From positions 11,484,243 to 11,548,242 of the forward strand of contig NC_052176.1 of the NCBI RefSeq assembly GCF_902713615.1: a stretch of DNA of 64,000 nucleotides. The letters run 5' to 3'. Position numbers and translations under genes: made by a program. Each line of letters begins with the position of its first letter. Position 1 is the stretch's first letter. Shown one piece after another: positions 50,830-64,000 of the stretch. Below the pieces are notes generated by a model, which was given only the letters and a program-made list of their open reading frames with translations, was not told the DNA's origin and searched no databases. Origin of the DNA: Scyliorhinus canicula. Its lineage: Eukaryota.

Positions 50830-51838
50830 AACCCGGCTTCACCAATAATAACAACAAAGGCTCTTTTAAGAGCCACTACATCTGTCAGGAAAAGAGCTTC
50901 ATCACCCAATCCCTCATTTGCGATCATTTCGAATATAAACATTGGCAGTGTCTCATTGCATTCGGAAGCTTTAGTGACATTCTCACGTACCAGAAGTAAG
51001 TGAATGGACAACCGGTCACCCTTTTACGGAGGGAGTGGGTGACTCTGAAAGAGGCTTTCGATTATTAGATTCTTCCCGTCCCAGTGCTGGTTAAGGGTCG
51101 CTAAATTGACAAATAAAAGCTGCGACCTCCCGTTACTCTCCAAGTTTCAATTTACTCTTAATTGCAGGAGAGTTTCTGGTCTCCTTATCTCTGAAGCAGA
51201 ATTGATTTTAACATGAGGCTCCGAGTAAGAAAAGAGTCTCCAATAGTAACAGAATGAATTCTGAAACCCCGCAGACCCATTGCACATAAACGGTCAGTTT
51301 CAGAAAGCCTGCCCGCTAATAACAGCCGCCCTCCGCTAAATACCAACAACACGGGATACTCATTCCAGCCTGAAGCCTCAGGGAAATTCTCACAAACACG
51401 GCACTAAGCGGATTGAGAACACTTCACCCTTTTTCAGATAAAGTGAGTGGCTCTGAAAGTGACCAATCAGATATCTGTTTGAAGCACCAATCAGGAGAAC
51501 CCACGGTGCTGAGGGCGGAAAGTTTGGGCGCCAAGTGTTCAGATTCCAACTGAATATTTACTTCAAAGCTTAAAAAAGCGCAAAAAGGTATAACAGAGAA
51601 AATTGAACAAGGACCGAAAAAAATGTGACTAAATTATTTAGTTTTGAGTATAGGATTGTTGGCTTCTCTCTCTTTGACGAGTCTGCAGTTTCCCTTTATT
51701 TGTCAGTTTCGGATTTGGGGATTTCTTTGTAACTGACGAACCCAAAACAAATTAAAGCAAATAATGCGGATGCTGCAAATGTGAATTAAAGAGTTTAATC
51801 TAGCTGCTGTTTAAAACACTATCAGCCGGAGACAGAAT

Positions 51839-53360
51839 GTCACTCTCCGGGGGCTGTCCCGCGCATGCGTGCCCACTCAGCCCTATCAGGCAGTGCGCAG
51901 GCGCGGCCCACAGCGTCCGGACCGCCTCCTCCTGACGTCACCGGGCTGTCCCGGGGCAGCTTCTTTGAAGCAACACCAGGTTGAAGCGGCGCTGGAGAGC
52001 AGATCCTCCATTTTGTAGCTGGCAGCTGGGAAGAATTGAAAATGGATGGTTTTGTAATAAAGAAGAGAGGGTCAGAGACACAAACAGGCCCGGATCTCAC
52101 AACTAAATCTGTGGGAGAGTCGCCCAGGGGAGTGACAGCAACACAAAGCAGAGCTGGTGTCAGCTCCACGGCCTCTGCTCAACAACCCATTCAGAAGGAG
52201 CTGAAATCAGGAACACAGCAGAATAAAGGGGATATTTGAAGGTATGTCTTTATAAATTGTGCCAATGCAAATCAGGATCCCCTCCGGCTGATATATTTGG
52301 AGATGAGACGTGGATGCTCTCTATGTGGTGGGCAGCACGGTAGCATGCTGGTTAGCATAAATGCTTCACAGCTCCAGGATCCCAGGTTCGATTCCCGGCT
52401 GGGTCACTGTCTGTGTGGAGTTTGCACGTCCTCCCCGTGTGTGCGTGGGTTTCCTCCGGGTGCTCCGGTTTCCTCCCACAGTCCAAAGATGTGCGGGTTA
52501 GGTGGATTGGCCATGCTAAATTGCCCGTAGTGTAAGGTTAATGGGGGGATTGTTGGGTTACGTGTATAGGGTGGATACGTGTGTTTGAGTAGGGTGATCA
52601 TTGCTCGGCACAACATCGAGGGACGAAGCGCCTGTTCTGTGCTGTACTGTTCTATGTCTTACCTTGCAGACATCTTTTCAATTCTAAACGCACTGAACCT
52701 CAAATTGCAAGGAAAGGAGGAGGATTGCTTTTGGCGCTGTGAAGAAATTGATGCTTTCCAAAAGTAATTGAATGTTAGGCAACTGCGAGTAGAAAGCCAA
52801 ACCTACTACACGTTCCCCACGCTGCAATGACATATGGAAGAAAACGATTAGTAAGGGAACTGTCGATAGACTGGCTGCGCTGATCAACAGTTTTTATCGC
52901 TTTTTTCCAGAAGAGAAGTTTCAGATTTTGAGAGAGAATTGGTTGGTGAAAACTCCCTTTGACCCCGGACTCAATTACAAACTGATAGCTGACACCAAAT
53001 GTACAAACTGAGCTTCTGCACCTCACCTGTGACAGCACATAAAAAATACGCCACAACCCCATGAGGTTTTCAGAATTCTTGCGTCGCGTCTAGGAGGAGA
53101 ATCCAGTGCTGAGTAAAACAAGCATTCTGTTGCTATTACACATCACAAGGATCTACATGTTAAAGGTTTGGATTTTCATCCTCAAAAGGATGAAGACAGC
53201 ACAAAGGAACCAGCTGAACTCTGCACCTGATACACGCGCTGCCCTCTCCACATCTGAACCTGATTGAAGTGAGATCATAAGGACCAAGCAAGCTCACCTG
53301 CTGCATTAAAGGTAAGAGAACATAGTGGGTCGTGGAGGTCAGCTGGAGTGGGTCCCAAAG
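51839..53360 (+). mobile_element. Second copy of the Charlie/Buster relic
   Basis: Collinear with 17171-18368. Confidence 0.75.
52327..52657 (+). mobile_element. HE1-like SINE, present only in unit B
   Basis: Full SINE flanked by TCTATGT; empty site at ~17655. Confidence 0.9.
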
Positions 53361-54626
53361 GTAGTTCATCCACTTTTCCTTCATTTACCAGGACTAACTG
53401 ATCTAATGTCATTGATGTAGTACATATGTTACAGATAAGAACATTTATAACTTAAGCAGAATGGTAAAGGCAGTTTCAGACGTCAGGACGAGACCAGGTC
53501 TCATGATACAAGAAGAGACCTAAGCAATGACATATTATAAGAATTATTATTGGTAAACATGCAGTTACTGAAGAAATATTTTAAAATCCAGGTTTGGCAG
53601 TATGTCATGGTGCGCGTTACAGAGAAAGTGCTGCAAGCTGCTCAGAACTGGATGTTAACTATTCAAGTGGAGACTGGAGAAACTTTCAACTGGTGCTGAG
53701 TTCATAGATTTCATAGAATCTGCAGTGCAGAAGGCGGCCATTCAGCCCATCGAGTCTGCAATGGCCCTTGGAAAGAGCATACTAATAATAATAGCTTATT
53801 GTCACAAGTAGGCTTCTGTGAAGTTACTGTGAAAAGCCCCAGTCGCTAGATTCCGGCGCCTGTTCGGGGAGGCCGGTACAGGAATTGAACCCGCGCTGCT
53901 GACCTTGTTCTGCATTACAAGCCAGATGCTTAGCCCACTGTGCTAAACCAGCACCCCCAACTGCCGAAGCCCACACCTCAACCCTATCCCCACACCTCCC
54001 TCTCCCCGGAAACCTTCCCTCACCTTTTTTGGACACTAAGGAAAATTTAACATTGCCATTCCACATAACCTGCAGATCTTTGGACTGTGGGAGGAATCCG
54101 GAGCACCCGGAGGAAACATAGGGAGAACGTGTAGACTCAGCTAACTGTGTAAACCAGCGGAGTGTTCAAATCATATTCAATTACAAATTGGAAACCAGGG
54201 GAGTGAGTAAATCAGTGGTGTGGGTAAACCAGGGAGTGTGGAAATCAGGGGAGTGCTTCAAACCAGGGGACTGTCCAAGACAAGACAATTCTCTAAAGCC
54301 ACTGAAATGTATCAACCAGCGGACTGTGTGAACCAGAATCGTGTACAAACCAAATTCAATTTCAAATATTAAAGGGGTGAAATTGAAGTGAGTCAGTGAA
54401 ATGGTAGTTTGCAGAAAGTGTGAGTTTGAGGGGCTGAATGGCAGTGTAATAACAAACAAGCTGCAGGCAATGGCTGCAAATTGAATATCTCATTGGGACA
54501 AACACACAGCTACAAAGGTGATTAGTTGAGCCCTGGGGAGCAGGGTCACTTGCACCCACACACACACTCACACAGTGTCTCAGAGTTGCGGGAGTGGAGC
54601 TGCTGCTTTGCTGCTGAAGGTGAGAG

Positions 54627-55310
54627 TGGGACCACCTGGGGCCTGGTGCTGCCCCCCTCCCAGGGTGAAGACCTTGCCCTCTGCCCTCCCATCCCGGTGC
54701 CCGAGGTGGGACCGGGACCGCCTGGGGCCTGGTGCTGCCCCCCTCCCGGGGTGAAGACCCTGCCCTCTGTTCTCCCATCCTGGTGCCCGAGGTGGGACCG
54801 GGACCGCCTGGGGCCTGGTTCTGCCCCCCTCCCGGGGTGAAGACCCTGTCCTCTGTTCTCCCATCCTGGTGCCCGAGGTGGGACCGGGACCGCCTGGGGC
54901 CTGGTGCTGTTCCCCATCCCGGGGTGAAGACCCTGCCCTCTGTCCTCCCGCCCCTCTGAGTGAGGTGGGACCGGGACCGCCTGGGGCCTGGTGCTGTTCC
55001 CCCTCCCGGGGTGAAGACCCTGCCCTCTGTCCTCCCGCCCCTCTGAGTGAGGTGGGACCGGGACCGCCTGGGGCCTGGTTCTGCCCCCCTCCCGGGGTGA
55101 AGACCCTGCCCTCTGTTCTCCCATCCTGGTGCCCGAGGTGGGACCGGGACCGCCTGGGGCCTGGTGCTGTTCCCCATCCCGGGGTGAAGACCCTGCTCTC
55201 TGCCCTCCCGCCCCTCTGAGTGAGGTGGGACCGCCTGGGGCCTGGTGCAGTTCCCCATCCCGGGGTGAAGACCCTGCCCTCCCGCCCCTCTGAGTGAGGT
55301 GGGAGTGGGT
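54627..55310. repeat. ~86-87 bp GC-rich tandem repeat (~8 copies) in the Tx1 5' region
   Basis: GGTGGGACCGGGACCGCCTGGGGCCTGGT recurs at 54705, 54791, 54877, 54964, 55051, 55137. Confidence 0.92.
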
Positions 55311-56608
55311 CCGCCTGGAGCTGCTGTGAAGACAAAGGACTTTGCCTTGGGCCCTCACAGGGCTGAAGAGCGCAGTCCGCCCCCCCCCTTTTTCACCCCC
55401 TGTGGTGGGTGTGTGGCAGCTGCCACTTTGCTTTAGGCCACTCCGGGGCTGAAGAACGCTGCCCGGCTTACAGTGACTATCTGCTGCTGCCCTGTGACAC
55501 CTGCTGTTGTGGTGCCTTCCCCTAGTCCCCTGATTTCAGTTACATGGTTGTGCCATACCAAGGGTGGGCATAGCCAGGACCCCAGGGGCATCCTCCACTC
55601 TGCCGGGGGCAGGGCGGCCAAGAACCTGTGTGGGGGCAACAGCCTCTCGACCCTCCGCGGCCCCCTCACCATTCCGCCTACTAACGCGGCAACTTGGGGT
55701 CAAATGTTATGCCCATCCCACCATGACCATCGAGGCGTGCACTCGTGTGATGGCCGGGGTCGTCGGCCCCTTGGCCATCGTAGCCGCTTCTACGATGTAT
55801 GGCAAGGCCGTGTTTTTCCTGCGTGCCGAGCAGGCGGCCCACCGTGTCCTGGAAGGGGGTTCACAGTGGGTGGGACACATGGCGGTGGACCCGCTGGAAG
55901 CCACTGCCGAACGTGTCAATGTCCCATCCTACCTCCCCACTGAGCTCCTCCTCCTCTATCTCAACTTCCTGGGGGAGGTCAGGTCCGGGGTGGCACCTCT
56001 GACACTCGGCCTGCCGGGACCCTTCCCTCCGTCAAGTATACTCCTTCCGGCATCAGGCTTTTACCCGCCTTACCCGGGAGAAGGTCACAGAGGGAGGGTT
56101 TGTGGTTCCCCACCAAGGGAAGGACCATTAATAGATCCGGTCTGTGGATGGCATGCGGTGCCATGCTTACAGAGGGCTGGGCCGGAACTGCCCCACCCTG
56201 ACGGCTGCCGCCAACACCATCTCCGGGACGGCCGTGGCTGGCACTGCCCCCCTCTCCTCTACCACCTCTTTGTCTGCCCAGCAGCCGGCCCCTAACAACA
56301 CCGTAGCTGCTGGCAGGGGGAGGGGGAGCCTCCGCTAGCCAAGAGGCAGCCTAAAAAGGCCAAAGGGAAGACGGTGTGACGGTCGGACCGGGCCCATCCA
56401 CACCTTGGCCCCATCACGCATACTGACCCCGTGCCCGTCCCAACCAACTCAGAGGCTGCAGCCTCACCTCGGGATACCGCCACCGCCTCACAACAACATG
56501 AGGGGCCCGGAGAGACCAACACACGGGGTCCGGAGGGCGGTGGGGACCCTGGGTACGGCCCCGAGCTGGAGGCTGTTCCAGCCTCACCACAGTCCCAGGG
56601 GCTGGGCG

Positions 56609-56648
<40 letters not shown>

Positions 56649-59074
56649 GAGGGGAGGCCCCACAGTAAGATCAGCCTGCCCCCCCACAAGCACCGCCGGC
56701 CCGGGCTGGAGGAGGTGGTGGATCTCGCTACCCCCTCCCCAGGCGAGCGGGGCCGGGTATCTCCTGGGTTTATTCCCATCATACTGACGTCCAGCACCAT
56801 TAAAAAGAAGGCCAAGGCAGCCTCCAAGGCCGCTGAGGCACCCGAGCTGCCATCGTCCCCCAACCAGGGAGGCCCGGGGGCGGGCGGAGACCTGACCCCC
56901 GAGTGCTCGTTCCGCCCGGTGTAGTTTTACTCCCCGGTCACCTCCTTTTCTTCATCGCTGGGGGCTGGCAGCAGCCACCAGAGCCCCGATATCTTCAGGT
57001 TGTGGGCGGGCGACGGCGAGGAAGGTTCCCCACTCACAAGGCCCACGCAGTCGATGCCAACGAGCCCAGGATCCATCCTGGAGCTGTTCCCGGGTCTCTC
57101 CGAGGGCCTGGCATCGACAGTGGAGGCCGGGTCGGAGCCGCCACCGTCCACTGACTCTGAATCCAGGTGGGGAGCCTGTGAGGAACCCGCCTGAGGCCGA
57201 TCCTGGGGGTTGGATTGACCCAGACAAAGGGGAGCAGCGCCAAGCGGTTATGTTCCTCGCGGGGCTCCTGAGGGAGTGGAGGGGGCAACAACCCTCTATT
57301 TCCTCTGAGCACTGAGTTAATGCTGATTGGTGAAGGACACATGCTACAACTGACATGGAGGTAACCATAGCCAGCCTCACCATCCACGGCAGCATGGACA
57401 CGCATCACCGTTTCCAGTGCTTCTCTGTCCTCCAGGGCGGAAAGTACGGGGTGTGCTTCCTGCAAGAAACCCTCGCCATTCCGGGGGACGAAGCTAAGTG
57501 GACCCTGGAGTGGCAAGAAGGAGACTGCATGAGTCACTTGGCCCCACGTTCAGGTGGGGTGGCTATCCTGTTGGCTCCACATTTTCAGACAGGGATCTGG
57601 AGGGTCAAGGAGCCAGTGCCTGGCCGTCTGTTGCATTTAACGATCCGCGACAGGGACGTGGTGCTTCACTTTGTGAATGTATACACTCCCCTGGCCGGGC
57701 TGCAGCAGACGGCTTTCTTTGACAAAGGGTCCACTCTTCTTGGCACCATCCCTGTGGGCGAGTGCATCGTCCTTGGAGGGGATTTCAGTTGCACCCTCCA
57801 GGACAAGGACTGTGGTAGAGTCCAGCGCAGCATGTAGGCGGTGGTCAGGTTAAGGGACCTGGTCAGGTCCTTCGACTTGGTGGACGTCTGGCAAACTCTC
57901 CGTCCTGAATCGCATTGTACACATTTGTGGGCCCTCTGTTCGGAGCGCCCAGAATCGATCGTCTTTACATTTCTAGGATGTACTCGCCCAGCGTTCCGAC
58001 GGCATCTCTGGAGCTGGTGCCGTGCTCGGATCATCACCTGGTGTGGGCGGGGCTCGGCCTGTCCCACGCTCAGGCACGGTCCGCGTACTTGCACTTTAAC
58101 AACACGCTGCTGGACATCGAGCGGTTCCTGGACTCGTTTCGCCGTTTCTGGGCCGGCTGGAGAAAGAAGCGGGATGGCTTCCCCTCCTTGAGGCTGTGGT
58201 GGGACGTGGGCAAGACTCACGTCCACGCCTTCTGTCAGAGGGACACGAAGGGGTCAACGGCGTGGCGGAAATCCACGATCGCCAAATTGGCTGAAGCAGT
58301 CTTCCACCTGGAATCACGTCTGGCTGATCCCGATGAGGACCCGGCCCTGGGCCTGGTGTACAGCGAGTAGAGGGGCACGCTGCGGAACCTGGAACTTGTC
58401 GGGTCCCATGGCGCGTACATGAGGTCGTGGATCCATCTCTTGGCAGACATGGACTGCGGCTCCCCCTTCTTCTACTCGCTGGAAAGAGGACGCGGGGCCC
58501 ATCAGCAGATTCCTTCACTGCTGGGCGACGACGGTCCCTCGTCTCGGATCCGGAGGGGGTCAGGACCCTAATCAGGGACTTTTATTCTGACCTCTTTACT
58601 CCGGATCCGTGCAGCGAGGACGTTTGCAGAGTTCTGTGGGAGGACCTGCCTCAGGTCGGCCCGGACGGCGTCTGGAGGCTCGAACATACCATCAATCTTC
58701 AAGAGCTGACCCGTGCCCTCGACAGCTTGTCAAGGGGCAAGACCCCAGGGCTGGACGGGCTGACCGTGGAGTTCTTCAGGGTGTTCTGGGACATCCTGGG
58801 GAGCGACTACGCTGGGGTCCTGGGGGAATGTATCGCTACCGGGGAGATGCCCGTTTCATGGCGCAGGGCCGTTATTGCCCTGCCGCCCAAGAAGGGGGAT
58901 CTCCGCCAACTTAAAAACTGGAGACCGGTCTCCCTCCTCAGCCCAGACTACTAAATATTTGCCAAGGTCATATTTTTGCGCCTCTACCCTATGCTGGACC
59001 ACATGATCCACCCTGACCAGTCCTACACCGTCCTGAACTGCACCATTTACGATAATATCCATGTGGTCCAGGAA

Positions 59075-59465
59075 ATAGAACAGTACAACACAGAACAGGC
59101 CCTTCGGCCCTCAATGTTGTGCCGAGCCATGATCACCCTACTCAACCCACGTATTCACCCTATACCCGTAATCCAACAACCCCCCCCCCCCTTAACCTTA
59201 CTTTTATTAGGACACTACGGGCAATTTAGCATGGCCAATCCACCTAACCCGCACATCTTTGGACTGTGGGAGGAAACCGGAGCACCCGGAGGAAACCCAC
59301 GCACACAGGGGGAGGACGTGCAGACTCCGCACAGACAGTGACCCAGCCGGGAACCGAACCTGGGACCCGGGAGCTGTGAAGCATTTATGCTAACCACCAT
59401 GCTACCCTGCTGCCCCATGCTACCCTGCTGCCCCATGCTACCCCCCTGCCCCCCATGCTGCCCCC
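59075..59465 (-). mobile_element. HE1-like SINE in the Tx1 RT, with a tandemly amplified 5' end
   Basis: SINE body plus repeats of ATGCTACCCTGCTGCCCC at 59399-59465. Confidence 0.88.
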
Positions 59466-59855
59466 AGAGGACTGGTATGTTGAGCGCCTTCCTGCCTCTT
59501 GACCAGGAGAAGACGTTCGACAGGATGGGGCACGAGTACTTGGTCGCCCGGATCCGATTACTGTACGCTGCCTCGGAGTGTCTGATTAATGTTAACGGGT
59601 CCCTGACGGCACCCGTTAACTTTGGGAGAGGAGTGCGTCAGGGCTGCCCCTTGTCCGGCCAACTTTATTCTCTTTGCGTGGAGCCTTTCCTGTGCCTCCT
59701 GCGGAGGAGGTTGCCGAGGCTGGTTCTGCGTGAGCCGAGCCTGGCGGTGGTCCTGTGCCTCCTGTGGAGGAGGTTGCCGAGGCTGGTTCTGCGTGAGCCG
59801 AGCCTGGCGGTGGTCCTTTCGGCTTCCGCTGATGATCATGTTCACTGACCCCGGT

Positions 59856-60345
59856 TGATGTGTTGGGTAAGCTGGGTCTATGTGGACTGTGTTTGATGCA
59901 GTGTAGGGAGAGACGGGCTTCCAACACTTGATGAGATGCAACACGATGTTATTTACCATCTAACTATATTACATGCTTAACTGTGGGTTGACACTATGCT
60001 GACTTGACTGGAGACCTGAGGCTAGCCTGACCAGACTAACTGACTACCACATGGTGTTTGCACTGGCTGCTGCTCACGAGCTCTGACTGTCTCAGAGACT
60101 GGATCCCGAGAGAGCGGGAAAACTGGTGCCCTCTGGCTTTATAATGGTTGTGTCCTGTCTGGTGATTGGCTGCTTTGTTCTGTGTGCTTACTGGTCATCC
60201 TGTGTGTCAATCACTGCCTGTCTGCACTCCATCATATACATGGTTGTATTTAATGATATCTCCCCCCTTTTTTAAAAATGTATGTGTTCAGGTAATAAAT
60301 ATTGAGGTGTGTGTAGGTGAAGATGTGTTTCGGTACTTGACTGTA
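59856..60345 (-). mobile_element. LTR (59856-60258) with PPT and a short internal remnant
   Basis: Minus strand AAAAAAGGGGGGAGA then LTR ending ..ACACATCA; internal TATAAA. Confidence 0.7.
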
Positions 60346-61135
60346 TACAGTGCTGTCCTACAGGGGTCGAGTTCTCATCATAAACCAGCTGATAGCCTCC
60401 ATGCTGTGGTACCGGCTGGTCACTTTGCCCCTTCCCCCTGTCTTTGTCACACGCATCCAGAGAACTCTGATTCGGTTCTTCTGGGACAATGGATTGCACT
60501 GGGTCCCTGCAGAGGTCTTGAGTGTCCCAATAGCGGAGGGCGGTCAGACGCTGGTGTGCCTTCGCATCCACATTGCGACTTTCCCCCTTCAGACTCTGCA
60601 GTGATATCTGTACTTTGAACCTCCTCGACGATGGTGTGCCCTGGGGACGTATTTCTTCCGCCAGTTCCACGGCCTGAACTATGACCTGCAACTACTGTTT
60701 GTTGGCCAGCAAGGTCTTCAGAATTCTTTGTTGGTGCTGCCCGTCTTGTACCAGGACCTTCTCAAAGTCTGGAACATGGTCGCCACGTGCCGCAGCTCTC
60801 CCCCGTCAGGAGCAGTTACTATCGTAAGGGAGCCGCTGCTCAGGAATCCGCATCTCCGCCAATATCCATTCCGGTGGCTGGCGGAGTGGGGGGCTGTGGA
60901 TGCCGGGGTGACCAGGATCAGGGATATGCAGGGTGGCAGAGGAGTTTACACACTTTCTTGTTGTGCGCACCCCTCTATTTTTACACACTTCTTCCTAAAA
61001 AATCTTTTTTCCGGCATTTTTTAAATTAGATACATTGCCGTTTGTTTTCATTTATTGTACAGAACACAAAGGCTTTTTCTCAGGTTTCTCTAATAACAGT
61101 CTGTCATTGTCTGCTCAGCAAACAATCCTCCCTAT

Positions 61136-61755
61136 TCCCCCCCCACCCAACTCCCCTCTCCCTCACCCCCCCCTCCCGCTCAGCACCCCTCTGCCTGATC
61201 CCCCCCCACCCAACTCCCCTCTCCCTGACCCCCTCCCCACCGCCCAGCTCCCCTCTCCCTCACCCCCCCCCCCCGCTCAGCACCCCTCTGCCTGATCCCC
61301 CCCACCAAACTCCCCTCTCCCTCACCCCCCCCTCCCGCTCAGCACCCCTCTGCCTGATCCCCCCCCACCCAACTCCCCTCTCCCTGACCCCCTCCCCACC
61401 GCCCAGCTCCCCTCTCCCTCATCCCCCCCCGCCCAGCTCCCCTCTCCCTCACCCCCCCCCCGCTCAGCACCCCTCTGCCTGATCCCCCCCACCCAACTCC
61501 CCTCTCCCTGACCCCCTCCCCACCGCCCAGCTCCCCTCTCCCTCACCCCCCCCCCCGCTCAGCACCCCTCTGCCTGATCCCCCCCCCCAACTCCCCTCTC
61601 CCTGACCCCCTCCCCCCCGCCCAGCTCCCCTCTCCCTCACCCCCCCCCCCCCGCTCAGCACCCCTCTGCCTGATCCCCCCCACCCAACTCCCCTCTCCCT
61701 GACCCGCACCCCCGCCCAGCTCCCCTCTCCCTGACCCCCTCCCCCCCCACCCCCG
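61136..61755. repeat. C-rich composite tandem repeat in the L1 3' UTR
   Basis: Blocks CTCCCCTCTCCCT and CGCTCAGCACCCCTCTGCCTGATCCCC recur. Confidence 0.9.
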
Positions 61756-62760
61756 TTATTGTTTCCTTATCTGTTCCCCCTTCTGGCTCCCCTTTTTTCA
61801 TCTTCCACCTTGCTGCCCCCCCTTCTTCACTGCTGCCCCCATTCTTTCTTGCTGGGTTTTGTGACATCACCTTGCTCCCCCCCAACCCCCAGGTCCTCCC
61901 TCGCTTTCCTCTGCCTGTCTCGTCCCGGCTATTTCTCCCTGGCTATTCGCTATTTATTCATGTGTTGGCCACAAACAGGTCTCGGAACAGTCGGGTGAAT
62001 GGCTCCCATGTTTTGTGGAAGCTCTCTCCCGACCCACAGATGGTGAATTAGATTTTCTCCATTGGGAGAAATTGCGAAAGCCAGTCTGCAGCTTTAGGTG
62101 GTGCTGCTGATCGCCAGCCGAGCAGGATTCTACGGCGGGCGATCAGGGAGGCACGGGCATCCGCCCTCCTGCCCATGAAGAGATCTGGCTGGTCTGATAC
62201 CCCGAAGGCCGCCACTTTCGGGCATGGCCCTACCCTCTTCCCCACCAGCTTGGACATTGCCTTGAAGAAGGCTGTTCAGTACCCACCAAGTCTGGAGCAA
62301 GACTAGATCATGTGGGCATGGTTGGCTGGGCCTCCTTGGCACCGTTCACATCTATCCTCCACCTCTGGGAAGAATCTGCTCATTCGGGTTCTGGTCAACT
62401 GGGCCCTATGTACCACTTTTAGCTGCGTCAGGTTGAGCCTCGGGCATGTGGAGGGAGAGTTGACCCTGTGCAGTGCTCCGCTCCAGAATCCCTAGTCTAT
62501 TTCGAACCCAAGCCTGCCTCCCATTTCCTCCTTGTCGTGTCCAGTTCGGTGTCGGTTCTCTCTAGCTGTTGTTCGTACATGTCTCTACAGTTCCTTCTGC
62601 CTAGGATGTCTGCGTCCAGTAGCTCTTCTAATAGTGTCTGTCATGGTGGTCGCGGGTATGTCCTTGTCTCCTTCCGGAGGAAGGTTTTAAGCTGCAGGTA
62701 TCTGAGTTTGTTGTCTTTAGCTAGTTGGAATCTCTGCATCAGTTCTTCCAGTGATGTGAT

Positions 62761-63200
62761 CCTACCGTCAGTGTATAGGTCCCTGACTGTCAATGTCCTC
62801 CCCATCCTGTCTCCACCTACCGTCAGTGTATAGGTCCCTGACTGTCAGTGTCCTCCCCATCCTGTCTCCACCTACCGTCAGTGTATAGGTCCCTGACTGT
62901 CAGTGTCCTCCCCATCCTGTCTCCACCTACCGTCAGTGTATAGGTCCCTGACTGTCAGTGTCCTCCCCATCCTGTCTCCACCTACCGTCAGTGTATAGGT
63001 CCCTGACTGTCAGTGTCCTCCCCATCCTGTCTCCACCTACCGTCAGTGTATAGGTCCCTGACTGTCAATGTCCTCCCCATCCTGTCTCCACCTACCGTCA
63101 GTGTATAGGTCCCTGACTGTCAGTGTCCTCCCCATCCTGTCTCCACCTACCGTCAGTGTATAGGTCCCTGACTGTCAATGTCCTCCCCATCCTGTCTCCA
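62761..63200. repeat. 8 x 55-bp tandem repeat amplified from L1 ORF2 sequence
   Basis: Unit CCTACCGTCAGTGTATAGGTCCCTGACTGTCA(A/G)TGTCCTCCCCATCCTGTCTCCA. Confidence 0.96.
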
Positions 63201-64000
63201 CCTTTTGAAGGTGGCGTCGGTGAGTGCTGGTGTGAACCTGCGGTTATTGCACATGGGGCTTTGTCAGATATTTTGGTCAGCCCGAATTGCTGCCGCAGTT
63301 GGTTCCACGTCTGGAGGGTGGCTATCACCATTGGGCTGCTGGAGTGTTTCTTGGGCGGGGATGGGAAAGCCGCCGTGGCGAGGGCCCGGAGGGAGGTCCC
63401 CTTGAGGGGGCCTCCTCTGCGCACATCCACTCAGCTTCTGTCTCCTTTGTCCATCCCATCTCTCTTTCCGCTATCGCTGCCCAGGGTTAGAATTGAAGGT
63501 TTGGGAGGGCTAGCACTCCCCTGGATTTTGGTTTCTGTACGACCTTCTTTGTGATTCTAGCATTCTTTCCCCACATACAAACGCCATGTTTAACTTGTCC
63601 AGTGAGTTAAAAAAGGCCTTGGGGATATAGATTGGGATGGATCTAAATCGGAAGAGGTATCTGGGCAGTACGTTCATTTTGATCATCGATACTCTTCCCC
63701 CTGCCAGGGAGAGTGGGAATGTGTTCCATCTCTGCAGGTCCTTTTTGACTTCCTCTGCCAGACTGGTCAGGTTCCATTTGTGGATCCCCGCCCAGTGATG
63801 AGCGATTAGGATCCCCAGGTAGTGGAATTTGTGTTGGGCTTGTTTTAGCGGCAGTCCCACCAGTGCTGCCCCTCCCCCTTGCCGGTTCACCGGGAAAATC
63901 TCACTTTTGCTCATGTTGAGTTTGTCGGCCGAGACGGCACCAATCTCTTTCAGGATGCGATGATTCCTTCCATGCTGCTTTGTGGGTCCGAGATGTAGAG

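Larger units (their letters stand above)
54575..60940 (+). mobile_element. Tx1-clade LINE (5' UTR, ORF1, ORF2 APE-RT), degenerate and interrupted
   Basis: ORF1-like LLTRQLGVKC..IVAAS.MYGKAVFFL (55564+); APE MEVTIASL..FLQET..GGDF..RIDR..SDHH; RT KTPGLDGL, NWRPVSLL, GVRQGCPLSG, SADD; C-terminal LSYRGRVLIINQL. Confidence 0.9.
60995..64000 (-). mobile_element. L1-clade LINE, 3' part of ORF2 and 3' UTR, degenerate; runs off the window end
   Basis: KSEIFPVN..FHYLGI..W..PLSLAG.RVSMIKMNVLPR; C-terminal ARRRILLGWRS..P; 3' boundary approximate. Confidence 0.88.

Noticed and set aside
54362-55358. 250-300 aa Gly/Arg/Pro ORFs on the minus strand
   Set aside because: Products of the 86-bp GC-rich tandem repeat.

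Overview
Repeat-dense vertebrate genomic DNA, most likely cartilaginous fish (inferred from HE1/V-SINE-type SINEs sharing their 3' tail with CR1 LINEs and a shark-type divergent H1). The core is a decaying, duplicated replication-dependent histone cluster. Unit A (~2.4-19.7 kb) has intact H1, H4, H3.2 and H2B. Unit B (~45.5-54.6 kb) has H1, a 13-codon H4 stump and H3.2, with H2B deleted. No H2A is present. Between the units lies a large inverted duplication (26.8-31.5 kb vs 32.7-44.7 kb, mirrored across a 500-N gap) carrying a CpG/NRF1 promoter, conserved splice sites and a massively expanded GA/GT microsatellite. The rest is CR1, Tx1 and L1 LINEs, SINEs, LTRs, hAT elements (two with TIRs and 8-bp TSDs), a Penelope-type insertion with two inverted minimal hammerhead motifs, and several minisatellites. 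I see no clearly new protein-coding system. The best leads are the hammerhead palindrome, the promoter/exon-bearing nested hAT at the H1 promoter, the complementary histone stem-loop lesions, the orphan histone 3' signals and the candidate spliced ncRNA pair. All calls are by eye, without alignment or database searches.
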